A DNA stretch of 64,000 bases, taken from the IMG/VR virus record IMGVR_UViG_3300033153_011579, one strand, 5' to 3'. Both the position numbers and the translations under genes were made by a program. Below the pieces are notes generated by a model. That model was given only the letters and a program-made list of their open reading frames with translations, was not told the origin of the DNA and ran no database searches. Source of the DNA: a virus. Lineage: Duplodnaviria > Heunggongvirae > Uroviricota > Caudoviricetes. Each line of letters starts with the position of its first letter. The stretch's first letter is position 1. Positions 21,367 to 30,102 of this stretch are shown here, piece after piece.

Positions 21367-22041
21367 TCACTTTTTCTTCGGCTTGATCATGTTGGAATAA
21401 ACCCACTCGCCGACCTTGTATAGCACGTAGCCGAGGCTCAGGCCGAGAAGCAGATCGACCGGAGTGAGATCTCCGTCGAGGTCGACGTCCTTCAGACTCG
21501 GGTCGATGTCGACGACCACCTTCTTGTTAGTCCACCTGATCCCAGAATCCTGTTTGTCGGTCAGGAAGTAGTGCGTCTTGAAAAAATAGCCGGACTCCCT
21601 CGCGGTCTTGTTGGTGGCGAAGTTGACAAACTGCTGGCCGAGCTCCTGCTTGAGGCCGCCCTCGGCGAACATCGTCGCGTACATCCTCGCCGACATCGGT
21701 ATCTGGTCCCAGGTCCAGCCCTGGATCTCCTTGCGTCTCGCGATCCGGGCGGGGGTGCAGTGGTCCGGGTTGGCCTTGCACTTCGCTCCGTTCGGATTGA
21801 GCCAGGCCGGGTTCGTCGGCTGTGAGAATTTCCTGATCAGGCTCTTGAACGACCGCCACTTGTTGCCCCACCGGAAGAACCGCAGGAACATCGTCCACGC
21901 GAGCGCAGAGGCCTCAGCACGACCGAGGTGCTTGCCGTACCCGCCCTCGCCGGCCAGCGCCTTCGCAAGCCACAGGACGTCGTCGTCGGTCAGCGTGTAC
22001 GACTTCGAATTATCCTCGTACCGGTAGACTGCTCGAGCCAT
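21367..22041 (-). CDS. Possible cell-wall hydrolase-like protein with C-terminal TM (224 aa)
   Basis: DDDVLWLAKALAGEGGYGK...EASALAWTMFLRF loosely resembles the SleB/CwlJ (Hydrolase_2) N-terminal motif; C-terminal LLLGLSLGYVLYKVGEWVY. Confidence 0.4.
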   Translation of the reverse strand: MARAVYRYEDNSKSYTLTDDDVLWLAKALAGEGGYGKHLGRAEASALAWTMFLRFFRWGNKWRSFKSLIRKFSQPTNPAWLNPNGAKCKANPDHCTPARIARRKEIQGWTWDQIPMSARMYATMFAEGGLKQELGQQFVNFATNKTARESGYFFKTHYFLTDKQDSGIRWTNKKVVVDIDPSLKDVDLDGDLTPVDLLLGLSLGYVLYKVGEWVYSNMIKPKKK

Positions 22042-22192
22042 TTGCTACCTCAAATAGCGGACTGGTCCGCCCACCATGGTCTGAACCCTGGACATTCCAG
22101 GGACGGGTGCTCGTCTCGATGGAGCGCGCAGTTGCCACAAAGGTCTTTCACGATGAAGCTGAGGATCCGCGTGAGGTGGTGGTCGTCCACGA

Positions 22193-22555
22193 CTACTTCC
22201 CCCCGAGGATCCGCTCGATGAACTTCGAGTACGTGGCGGTCTCCTCGCCACCGACCTTCTTGCCGACCATCTTGCCGCCTTTGAAGGCCGCGACGAACGG
22301 AATCGACGTGACCTTGAGCTCGTCCGCCAGGGCGGAGTCCTGCTCGACGTCGACCTCGAGGAACTCCGCGTCATCACGATGCGGACACGCCGCCTTCTGC
22401 AGCTTCGGCCCGGCCTCGATGCAGCTCCCGCAGTTCGGACTGTGGAACTTCACGACCACGGGCTTCTTCGAAGATCGGATCTGCTCCCTTGCCGAGGCCG
22501 AGTTCGACCTCTTCAGAGGCATACAAAATCCCTGGAACTCTTGGTTTAGAGCCAT
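22193..22555 (-). CDS. Thioredoxin-fold protein
   Basis: VVVKFHSPNCGSCIEAGPKL (CxxC) and SIPFVAAFKGGK (cis-Pro loop region). Confidence 0.8.
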   Translation of the reverse strand: MALNQEFQGFCMPLKRSNSASAREQIRSSKKPVVVKFHSPNCGSCIEAGPKLQKAACPHRDDAEFLEVDVEQDSALADELKVTSIPFVAAFKGGKMVGKKVGGEETATYSKFIERILGGK

Positions 22556-22577
22556 GTATACTCCGCGTGCGACAAGG

Positions 22578-22826
22578 CTATCCTATTGATCTGAACTTGT
22601 CGAGGGCTTCGGTGAGGAGCTCGTCGTACCGATTCATCGCCTTGGCTCGCGCGTTGAACTCGAGCGACGTGAGCTCTGATAGGTCGACGTCTTGCTGCAG
22701 ACCGAGCTCGACCAGGATTCTGACCGCGCCACCGAAGCTCTCGCCGTTTGCCCCGGCGAACTCCATCACCTTGTTGTAGAGATCGCGCGATAGTCGGATG
22801 CCTGTTGGTGCCGTGTCGCTAGCCAT
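22578..22826 (-). CDS. Ribbon-helix-helix-like small protein (82 aa)
   Basis: MASDTAPTGIRLSRDLYNKVMEFAGANGESFGGAVRILVELGL. Confidence 0.45.
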   Translation of the reverse strand: MASDTAPTGIRLSRDLYNKVMEFAGANGESFGGAVRILVELGLQQDVDLSELTSLEFNARAKAMNRYDELLTEALDKFRSIG

Positions 22827-23472
22827 CTTCGTCCACCTTCGTGAAGGTTGTTGCCCAGACCCACGGGTTGACGGCCCAACCGAGCCCGCGGGAGAAGTTG
22901 ATCTGGTCCCACAGTATCGCAAACCAGGCGCGCGGGCTATCGTAACTCTTCTCCCAGTCTGGTGGACAGCCCTCGGCGAGGGCGTCCTCGTCGGTGATGA
23001 CGTCGACCCGCTCGAGCCGGATCTTCTTTATGTCGAGGTCGAGTCTCGAATAGATCCGCTTCATGAACAGCGAGGTGGTCCATGGCCCATCGAATTCCGG
23101 GTCGGTCGCGCGCCAGTAGACGCCAGCTCCACCACCGATACTCCAGTGATAAAAGCATTCTTTGACCCAGTAGTGGTCGCCCGAATCCATCCTCGAATAG
23201 ATCCGGTGGCTGGTCCCTTCGAGACCCCACTCATCGTCGGGGCCGATATACGGGAGGTGCAGGTACGGGCCGCCGTTCCCGGCTGGCGAAGGTCCGCCGT
23301 CGGCGTGTGCGTTGTCCCAATCCCAGAGCTCTCGAGGCTTGAGGTGTTTGTACCACGGGCCGCCATCGAAGTAGGAGTTGATGTTCGTGACGACTCGGCG
23401 CGTCTGCGTCTTCCTGCCGGCGATGATCTGCCTGACCATCTCGTCCTTGAAGAGTATCGGTCGCTCGATCAT
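22819..23472 (-). CDS. ASCH-like domain protein (217 aa)
   Basis: MIERPILFKDEMVRQIIAGRKTQTRRVV is an N-terminal motif common in phage ASCH-type proteins; ATGA overlap with upstream gene. Confidence 0.5.
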   Translation of the reverse strand: MIERPILFKDEMVRQIIAGRKTQTRRVVTNINSYFDGGPWYKHLKPRELWDWDNAHADGGPSPAGNGGPYLHLPYIGPDDEWGLEGTSHRIYSRMDSGDHYWVKECFYHWSIGGGAGVYWRATDPEFDGPWTTSLFMKRIYSRLDLDIKKIRLERVDVITDEDALAEGCPPDWEKSYDSPRAWFAILWDQINFSRGLGWAVNPWVWATTFTKVDEDG

Positions 23473-24215
23473 TTTGGAAAATCCTGAGGCCACGGATACT
23501 GCGGGGCCTGCTTGATGAGATTGTCCTTGACAAACACCGGAATATGATGGTCGAGGCACCAGAGACGGATATTCCAGGCCGTCTCTGCCGGGCATTCGAA
23601 CGCGTGCGGCCCAGTCATAGCACCGATTACTACCCAGCCGAGTCCGTCGAGGATCTTCGGGTTGAAGTTCTTCTCGACGAGCGGCTCGAGGCTGATCCAG
23701 TGGATGCCGGCCCTGGTCTCGGCGAGGTCATAGAGGCGATCGTCGGCCTCCCTGTCGTTCGTGGCGCTGACTCCCAGGTGGAGGTTATCGGGCCAGTCGC
23801 CGACGGCGAAGTTCAGCGGCCGCTTCGTCAGCATCAAAAACGTGTGCTGCGGCAGGGCGGTGATGGATTCGAGTATCTTTCGCTGGAGACCGGTCGTGTT
23901 GATCGCCACTTCCTTGGGATCGCCGGTCACTACCCAGCTCTGTGGAGACTCGACGCAGCAGAGGTCGGACATCGACCCGAGGAAGACGCGCTTCGTTTTT
24001 TTAGAACGCGAGAGTTTTGCGAATTCCCTCTCCCAGACGTCCAGGTGGACGGCGGGTGTGAAGGGGGCTAACCCCCTTTGTTTTAATCTCCAGTAAGCTG
24101 TTCCCTTCTTTCCTCCCAGTCTCGCCGCGAAGCGTCGCGCGTAGCAGTATTTACAACCGTTCGTGCAGCCGGTGAACGGGTTTATCGAAATATCGCACCA
24201 TTCGATCTTCGACAT
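23469..24215 (-). CDS. Phage Gp37/Gp68 family (DUF5131) protein
   Basis: MSKIEWCDISINPFTGCTNGCKYCYARRFA...; the track ORF N-terminal extension (Arg/Pro-rich) is rejected. Confidence 0.75.
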   Translation of the reverse strand: MSKIEWCDISINPFTGCTNGCKYCYARRFAARLGGKKGTAYWRLKQRGLAPFTPAVHLDVWEREFAKLSRSKKTKRVFLGSMSDLCCVESPQSWVVTGDPKEVAINTTGLQRKILESITALPQHTFLMLTKRPLNFAVGDWPDNLHLGVSATNDREADDRLYDLAETRAGIHWISLEPLVEKNFNPKILDGLGWVVIGAMTGPHAFECPAETAWNIRLWCLDHHIPVFVKDNLIKQAPQYPWPQDFPK

Positions 24216-24217
24216 CG

Positions 24218-24652
24218 CTACAGCCTTTCCACGACGGCCGCCATGAGGTCGATGACGGTGTCTCCGAGGTCGTCGATCTGAGTTTTGATCTTTTTGAATT
24301 TCTTTTTGAACGTGTTCGCCGAATCTTCGATGTAGCCGACCCGCGACTTGAGCCGATCGATTTTCTTCTCGATATTGCGGTCTCGCCTCTTGGAAGTCTC
24401 GTCGGCCCGCATGACCTGCTCTCGAAAATTCTGGTAGGCCGGACAGTCCGCCCAGCACTCCGGGCTCATTTTTTGCGATTGGGCCCGAGCTCTCGCTATG
24501 TCTTCGCCCGTCTTCTGTAGCGCCAGCTCGAGAGCGTGGTACCTCCCGAGCAGTACCGACTGCCACTGGAAGAGGAAGAACGACCGGTTCAGAGGCGGCA
24601 TTTTCTTCCACTCGTCGAGTTGGATCTCGGTCAGGTTGAGTTTGAAATCCAT
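24218..24652 (-). CDS. Hypothetical coiled-coil protein (144 aa)
   Basis: ORF track. Confidence 0.6.
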   Translation of the reverse strand: MDFKLNLTEIQLDEWKKMPPLNRSFFLFQWQSVLLGRYHALELALQKTGEDIARARAQSQKMSPECWADCPAYQNFREQVMRADETSKRRDRNIEKKIDRLKSRVGYIEDSANTFKKKFKKIKTQIDDLGDTVIDLMAAVVERL

Positions 24653-25119
24653 TACAACAACCTCCCTTGACCGTTCCGCTCTTCGTACTTCGCTATGGCC
24701 GCGGTCAGCCGCTGGTTCTCCTCCTCGAGCAGCTCGTTCCGCTCCTCGAGCTCGGCGACGTACGCGAGTAGTTTCTTGCGAGCCATCCTCGCCGGTTTTT
24801 CTGGAACCCTGATCGGTGGCCCGACGACCCAGACGACGGCCGTCCGCTTGGTGGTCGTTTTTCTGGTATTTCCGCTGTCCTTGATCTTCCCAAGGAGTTG
24901 GAGCTCGCGCCGGCGGGGGACCTCGGTGCTCACCGTGATGTCGAGCGCCAGCTGGATCTGCTCGTCGGTGGCCCCGACGTCGCCCATGTAGAGCAGGTGG
25001 CGAAATACCCGGTCGCGGATCGTCGGGGCCTTTTCCGACATCGACTCCGCGGCGTCCAGAGACGTCTCGCTATGAGCCTGGTGCGGGGGCGTCCCGCCGT
25101 ACGGCTGCTCGTGGGTCAT
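24652..25119 (-). CDS. Winged-helix DNA-binding protein (155 aa)
   Basis: MTHEQPYGG...IRDRVFRHLLYMGDVGATDEQIQLALDITVSTEVPRRRELQLLGKIKDSG...RTAVVWVV. Confidence 0.55.
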   Translation of the reverse strand: MTHEQPYGGTPPHQAHSETSLDAAESMSEKAPTIRDRVFRHLLYMGDVGATDEQIQLALDITVSTEVPRRRELQLLGKIKDSGNTRKTTTKRTAVVWVVGPPIRVPEKPARMARKKLLAYVAELEERNELLEEENQRLTAAIAKYEERNGQGRLL

Positions 25120-25433
25120 GAGGGCTCGCCCTCCTTTTTCTTGAGCACGTCGATCGCCTGGGAGACGTGGCGGAGCCCCTGGTTGCCGCCCTGGGTCAGC
25201 ATGTCGTAGTCGATGTCGCCGTAGTCTTCGAGGCACTTGTAGGCCTGCTCGAGCTCGGCCTTCACCGCGTCGAGCTGCTTGCGGAGAGCTGCTTGTTTGT
25301 CGAGCAACTCTTCGTGGTCATCGATCAGCTTGACGACTCTCTGTTTTGCGATCGGGTGCAGTAGCGCCGTACCGAAGTTGATACCCTTGAACGTGCTCCT
25401 GAGCATGGCGGCGGTGGCTTTGAAGTCAGACAT
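25116..25433 (-). CDS. Hypothetical protein (105 aa)
   Basis: ORF track; ATGA coupling downstream. Confidence 0.6.
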   Translation of the reverse strand: MSDFKATAAMLRSTFKGINFGTALLHPIAKQRVVKLIDDHEELLDKQAALRKQLDAVKAELEQAYKCLEDYGDIDYDMLTQGGNQGLRHVSQAIDVLKKKEGEPS

Positions 25434-26061
25434 CGCGCTTCCCCCACCTCTTCGGCCAGGTCTCGGGATCGTCGGTGCACTTCGGGCAGAGCGCGTAGCC
25501 GTTGTCGTGCAACTCGTCGACTTTGATCACCATGCTGTTGCACCGCGGGCAGACCATGCAGACGACCGTCTGCCCGCTCAACTCGGACGCTGCCTTGCCG
25601 ATGTAGTCGACATGAATAGGGCTCGCTACTTTCTCGGAGAGTTGGCCGAGACCGATGAGTACTTTCTCGTAGGCGTGGTTGTCCCTCTGGTGCTGGCTGG
25701 ACATCACCTGGAGCGTCTGAGCCCGATGCTTCCAGAGGGCGAGCTCGGCCTTGAGCTCTCTGGCTTCCTTTATTTTCACCTGGGACAGCCGGATCATCTC
25801 CTCGAGATCTGTCGCGTGGCTTTTTTCCTCATTGAGGATTCTGACGAGCTTCTTGATCGCTTCGGCCCGAGTCGACCCGGGCGGCCAGAGGGATTCGTCG
25901 GCACCGTTCCCGAGTGCGTCGTCGATCTCGGCGATGGCGGTCTTCTGGGTCTTGTGCTCATCGAAGATGCTCATCAGGTCGGCCTGTAGTTCCTCAAGAG
26001 TCTCCTTCCTGAGATTCTCGTCCTGTAGCCGCTTGATGATGTCTTCCTTGGCCATTACCAT
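25426..26061 (-). CDS. Coiled-coil protein with C-terminal zinc ribbon (211 aa)
   Basis: ...CMVCPRCNSMV...YALCPKCTDD. Confidence 0.6.
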   Translation of the reverse strand: MVMAKEDIIKRLQDENLRKETLEELQADLMSIFDEHKTQKTAIAEIDDALGNGADESLWPPGSTRAEAIKKLVRILNEEKSHATDLEEMIRLSQVKIKEARELKAELALWKHRAQTLQVMSSQHQRDNHAYEKVLIGLGQLSEKVASPIHVDYIGKAASELSGQTVVCMVCPRCNSMVIKVDELHDNGYALCPKCTDDPETWPKRWGKRDV

Positions 26062-26062
26062 C

Positions 26063-26266
26063 TCAATCCTCCCTCGTATATTTGTCTAAGAGCGCCTGCT
26101 GCTCCTTGGTGAGTTCTTCTCCGATCTGGGTCAGCATGACGACGTGCCAGAACTCGCACATCTCCCGCTGGGCGTCGTCGCACATTATTTGGAACTCGTC
26201 GGTGATCGTCTCGCCTTCTTCGAGCGGCGGCGCTTTGATCTCGACGGTCCAGGTGATCTCAGTCAC
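26063..26266 (-). CDS. Hypothetical protein (67 aa)
   Basis: ORF track. Confidence 0.5.
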   Translation of the reverse strand: MTEITWTVEIKAPPLEEGETITDEFQIMCDDAQREMCEFWHVVMLTQIGEELTKEQQALLDKYTRED

Positions 26267-27368
26267 GGATCACCTCGACGATCCCTTTGGCAGTTGGTGA
26301 CAAGCTCGCGAGGACCGCATCGGCTCCGGTGACCTCCCTGATGTGCGCCAGGAACTTTGCGTCGTCGTCCATCTTCAAGATCTCGCCGCCGTCGAAGAAC
26401 CGAAAGTCGTCGTTGATGAGGTCGAGGCACGTGACGGCCAGCTCCGGGGTTTTCGTCATGATGTAGTCGTCTTTGTAGATGGCGTAGCTGAGCAGGTCGA
26501 GATCCAGGAGGGTCTTCCTAAATGTTCCCTGGGGGCCGTCGTCCGGGTTCTGCTCGTGTGGATTGTCCTTGATGTTGCAGGGGACGATGTCGCTCATCGG
26601 ACCTTTCCCATGCCGCGTCTGGTAAGCGCGGGTGACGAGCACGATCTCCGGCTCGTATCCCATCTCGCAAATATTTTTCGACCCGGTGTTCGTCGGAGTG
26701 ACGTATGGAAAAAAACCAAAATTCTGGTCGAGCAGCAGGCCTTGCGACCCTTCCCAGATAACCGTTTCGAACGAATCGATGACCTGCTCGTTCGACATCC
26801 CGATGGCCGCGTTGTGTGTCACCTCGTCGCACGCGACGAAGAAATTTTGGATGATGTAGTCGTCCGGTCTGAAGCCGTAGTATTGATAAAACTGCTCCAT
26901 CTTCATCCGCATTATTCTCGGGTGGAACAGGTCTTCGAACAGCAGGTGATGACCCTCCCGCTCTCTTTTGACGGTCGCGAAGATTCCGACCTCACAGCTG
27001 CCGCCGAAATCGGAATTCCGCTTATTCCACTCGATTTCAAACGGCGTGGTGACCGGGCACCTGTGGTCGACGAGGAGTCGTGGGAAGACTTTTTTCACCA
27101 GCAAGACGTCGAGCTCGTTCATGAGGGCGACGGGGTTGACCGAGCAGTATTTCGACCAGAAGGTCGGGACGCCTCGGAACGACCCGCTACCGAAATGAGA
27201 AAATACGTGAGACCTACCGTCCTCGAGCACCACCTGATGCGCGGCCTGGTGGCCGCCCGAGAACCGCACCACGAGCTCGGCCTTGTTGACGTCACAGAGG
27301 TAGTCGACCAGATGTCCTTTCCCCTCGTCCCCAAAGCCGAGCCCGATGACAGCGATGTGCTTGGTCAC
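26259..27368 (-). CDS. Short adenylosuccinate-synthetase homologue (PurA family; PurZ candidate)
   Basis: IAVIGLGFGDEGKGHLVDYL, GGHQAAHQ, WEGSQGLLLD...PYVTPTNT, TRHGKGP, TCLDLI parallel the PurA motifs; 369 aa. Confidence 0.85.
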   Translation of the reverse strand: MTKHIAVIGLGFGDEGKGHLVDYLCDVNKAELVVRFSGGHQAAHQVVLEDGRSHVFSHFGSGSFRGVPTFWSKYCSVNPVALMNELDVLLVKKVFPRLLVDHRCPVTTPFEIEWNKRNSDFGGSCEVGIFATVKREREGHHLLFEDLFHPRIMRMKMEQFYQYYGFRPDDYIIQNFFVACDEVTHNAAIGMSNEQVIDSFETVIWEGSQGLLLDQNFGFFPYVTPTNTGSKNICEMGYEPEIVLVTRAYQTRHGKGPMSDIVPCNIKDNPHEQNPDDGPQGTFRKTLLDLDLLSYAIYKDDYIMTKTPELAVTCLDLINDDFRFFDGGEILKMDDDAKFLAHIREVTGADAVLASLSPTAKGIVEVIRD

Positions 27369-28234
27369 AGGATCTCCTCGCCGTCGGAGGGATCCGTCGC
27401 GCTGGACCGCCGCGTCGTTTTTCCGTAGTTGGCCAAGATCGTCGAGGCGATCGTCCCGGCGACATCCGTGTGGCGCTGGGCCGGCAGGAGGTCGTCACCG
27501 ATGAGCGCCTTCCACGAGTCGACCGTCTCGGGCTGGCTACCGCGGGCGGTCTCCGAGATGTTGATGTGAAAGACGTGGTACTTCTCACGCGCCGACTCGA
27601 GCAGCTCTCGGGACGTGACGTCCTGGTACTGGCCGGGGCCCATGATCTCCTGCAGGTCGCGGCTTGCTAAGCCGTTGAGGACCGGCTCGTCGCCGATGGT
27701 GAACAGGAAGCCGGGCTTGTTCCTATTTTTAAGGCAGTCGATCGCCGTGTGTCTCGCGGCGAAATACCAGGCGAGCATGTAGCTCTCGCCCTCGTTCCCC
27801 CCGCCGTGGCCTTCGAGGTAGACGTCGGTCAGCCAGCGGTCGAGCAGGTCGTCGCTCGATTCGAACTGCCCGACCTGGAGCGGGGCCTCGTCGCACGTGT
27901 GGTCGCCGATGGCCAGGAACAGGACTTGCGGGTCCTCGACGCCCTTGGCGATTATGGTCTCCATGATCTGCGGCAGCCCCTTCTTCACGAGCTCGTGCGG
28001 GACCGACCCCATCGACCCGGTGACGTCGAGCGCGATGATGATCGCGAGCGAGTTCGGGTGCTCTTCGGAATCGCACGACTCGCGTAGCGTGATCCCGTGG
28101 GGGCTCATGGCGTTGTGGATCGTCCGCTGCTTGAAGATCTGCTCGCGAGGGGCGTGTACGTAATTTAGCGACTCCGACCTCACAGCGCGGGCTGTGCTGT
28201 TGTATGTTCCGCCGCCCATCTCACTCACCTCCAA
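27365..28234 (-). CDS. von Willebrand factor A (vWA) domain protein
   Basis: LAIIIALDVTGSMGSVP MIDAS-type motif; stop overlaps the PurA-like ATG by 4 nt. Confidence 0.75.
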   Translation of the reverse strand: MEVSEMGGGTYNSTARAVRSESLNYVHAPREQIFKQRTIHNAMSPHGITLRESCDSEEHPNSLAIIIALDVTGSMGSVPHELVKKGLPQIMETIIAKGVEDPQVLFLAIGDHTCDEAPLQVGQFESSDDLLDRWLTDVYLEGHGGGNEGESYMLAWYFAARHTAIDCLKNRNKPGFLFTIGDEPVLNGLASRDLQEIMGPGQYQDVTSRELLESAREKYHVFHINISETARGSQPETVDSWKALIGDDLLPAQRHTDVAGTIASTILANYGKTTRRSSATDPSDGEEIL

Positions 28235-28562
28235 ACAGGTAGTCGTATCGCTTCTGGGCGATGTCCAGCTTGATCTCGGTGTTCCGGATCTTCACGCCGA
28301 GCTCGACGTCCTTGGCGACGTACTCGTCCGAGTTGAAGTCGCTGGCGAGCACCAGGCTGTCGGCCGAGGTGGGGGACAGGTCGAGCATGTTCTCCTGCTC
28401 CCTCGCCATCTTCCTTATCTGTAATTGCAGGTCTTCGATCCGCCGCTTGTAGATCAGCTCCGTGTCCTCGCCGATAGCCTCGGCTCGGTCGTTGCGGATC
28501 TTCTTGTTGTTGCGCTTCAGTGAAGACAGAAACGCGCCTTCTGTTTTCTCTTCTTCAGTCAT
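28221..28562 (-). CDS. Hypothetical coiled-coil protein (113 aa)
   Basis: ORF track. Confidence 0.55.
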   Translation of the reverse strand: MTEEEKTEGAFLSSLKRNNKKIRNDRAEAIGEDTELIYKRRIEDLQLQIRKMAREQENMLDLSPTSADSLVLASDFNSDEYVAKDVELGVKIRNTEIKLDIAQKRYDYLFGGE

Positions 28563-28620
28563 CTTTTCTCTCCCTTACTCGTGTGCCGTTGGCACCTTGG
28601 GGTTTGTTGACTTCTATCGC

Positions 28621-28977
28621 TCATAGCTCGAGCCCTCTCCACCAGTCCGACCTGGTCAGAGCAGGGATGCCTATTTCTTTCATCTTCTTGGTGAGCTGCT
28701 TGTTCATCTGGCCGTTGTTGAGGGGTCTGGAGGTCGAATATCGCTCGGCCGAATCGGCGTGGAAACCGAGAGACGACCGGCCTCTGCCGAGCCGCTCGAT
28801 CATCTTGACGGCGTCCATGTCCCAGCTCTTGTTGTGAACATCCTGGCACTCGAGCACCGCGCGCTGGGCGAGCTCGACGATGCATTTCTTACAAAAATCT
28901 CCCTCGTCGCGCCAGGGGATCATGTGCGAGGGGCGGATGTCGACACCGCAACGCGGGCAGTTTGCCTGCTCAGCCAT
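28621..28977 (-). CDS. Zinc-ribbon protein (118 aa)
   Basis: MAEQANCPRCGVDIRPSHMIPWRDEGDFCKKCIVELA. Confidence 0.5.
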   Translation of the reverse strand: MAEQANCPRCGVDIRPSHMIPWRDEGDFCKKCIVELAQRAVLECQDVHNKSWDMDAVKMIERLGRGRSSLGFHADSAERYSTSRPLNNGQMNKQLTKKMKEIGIPALTRSDWWRGLEL

Positions 28978-29164
28978 TTTTTTGTAACTCCTCGTGAGCA
29001 ATCTTCACTCCGCAGCAGACTTCGTAGTATCCGTCGTCGGTAGCGATCTCGGTCAGGCGGTATCCTAACTCTTCCTCTTCCTCGTGGCACGACCCGCAGC
29101 ATCTGGTCTCGAGACCGAATTTTTGTGCCGCTGCCGCACAGCCGCCGAGGTACTTATCAGCCAT
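28970..29164 (-). CDS. Small Cys-rich protein (64 aa)
   Basis: MADKYLGGCAAAAQKFGLETRCCGSCHEEEEELGYRL...YYEVCCGVK; 8-nt overlaps on both sides. Confidence 0.5.
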   Translation of the reverse strand: MADKYLGGCAAAAQKFGLETRCCGSCHEEEEELGYRLTEIATDDGYYEVCCGVKIAHEELQKNG

Positions 29165-29477
29165 CGGACTTCTCGGCGTCCGGCTCTGGGAAGTCGTGCT
29201 GAGTACCAACCATGGTGATGGCCACGAACTCGGCGGCTGGACGGTTGTGGAGGGCGCGTGAGGCTTGCACGAACTCCGGCACGATGCGGCCTTTGAAGTT
29301 GTTCAAAACGGTGGTGCAGAGCCCGTTGCCTTTTTCCTCTTGGTTTTCGAAGTTGAACGACGCGACCATGGGGAGCTGGTGCTCATTGCAGATCGCAATG
29401 ATCTTCGTCATCAGCGGGCTGATCTGCTCGTCGTGCACGGCTTCGAGGTCGAAGTGTTCTTGCTCTTCTTTACTCAT
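29157..29477 (-). CDS. Hypothetical protein (106 aa)
   Basis: ORF track. Confidence 0.55.
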   Translation of the reverse strand: MSKEEQEHFDLEAVHDEQISPLMTKIIAICNEHQLPMVASFNFENQEEKGNGLCTTVLNNFKGRIVPEFVQASRALHNRPAAEFVAITMVGTQHDFPEPDAEKSDG

Positions 29478-29478
29478 C

Positions 29479-30102
29479 TCAAAAGCTCTTCCTACCGGTC
29501 AGCTTCGTGACCAGTTTTCCAATTTCGTCTGGCGTGGGCGCGTCGGGATCCGCCTCGGTCGACCCGGGCAAGAGGTGGGCGTCCTGCGCCGGCCGCAGAC
29601 TCGGGCACAGCACCTGTGCTGCTCCTGCCGTGAGCCGCCCCTTGTCGACCGCGGCCTTGATGGTTGACTCGCGCGAGCTGACGTCGTGCCCCAGGCTGAC
29701 CAGCCACGCGGGCTTCTCGCTCGAGTCTCGCCGGCTCGCGATCTTCTTCCTGTAGATTTCCAAAAACGCAACGCGGGCCGCCACGCGGTCGGTCATCTGG
29801 CGCACCGCCTCGAACGCCTCGGCGATCTCCTGCGTCCAGACGGTCGTGTCGTGCTCGGAGTGCGGGCAGAGGGCCCAGGCCTCTTGTGGGTCCGGCCAGC
29901 CGGTGTCCACCCGCTCGAGGATCGCAGCGAGGGTGAGACGACGGCTCAACTCCCGCCGGCACCGACGAAGCGCGTGCAGCACGACGTCGTCCGGATACAA
30001 GGACAATTCCTCGACCATCTCGGCTGTCGCCGCCTCGGAGAGCTCGGTCGCGCAGATCTCGGCGGTGACCGCCAAGGCGATCACGAGATTACTCTTCTTC
30101 AT
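29479..30102 (-). CDS. Hypothetical replication-module protein (possible helicase-loader-like; 207 aa)
   Basis: MKKSNLVIALAVTAEICATELSEAATAEMVEELSLYPDDVVLHALRRC...; sits directly downstream of the initiator. Confidence 0.35.
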   Translation of the reverse strand: MKKSNLVIALAVTAEICATELSEAATAEMVEELSLYPDDVVLHALRRCRRELSRRLTLAAILERVDTGWPDPQEAWALCPHSEHDTTVWTQEIAEAFEAVRQMTDRVAARVAFLEIYRKKIASRRDSSEKPAWLVSLGHDVSSRESTIKAAVDKGRLTAGAAQVLCPSLRPAQDAHLLPGSTEADPDAPTPDEIGKLVTKLTGRKSF

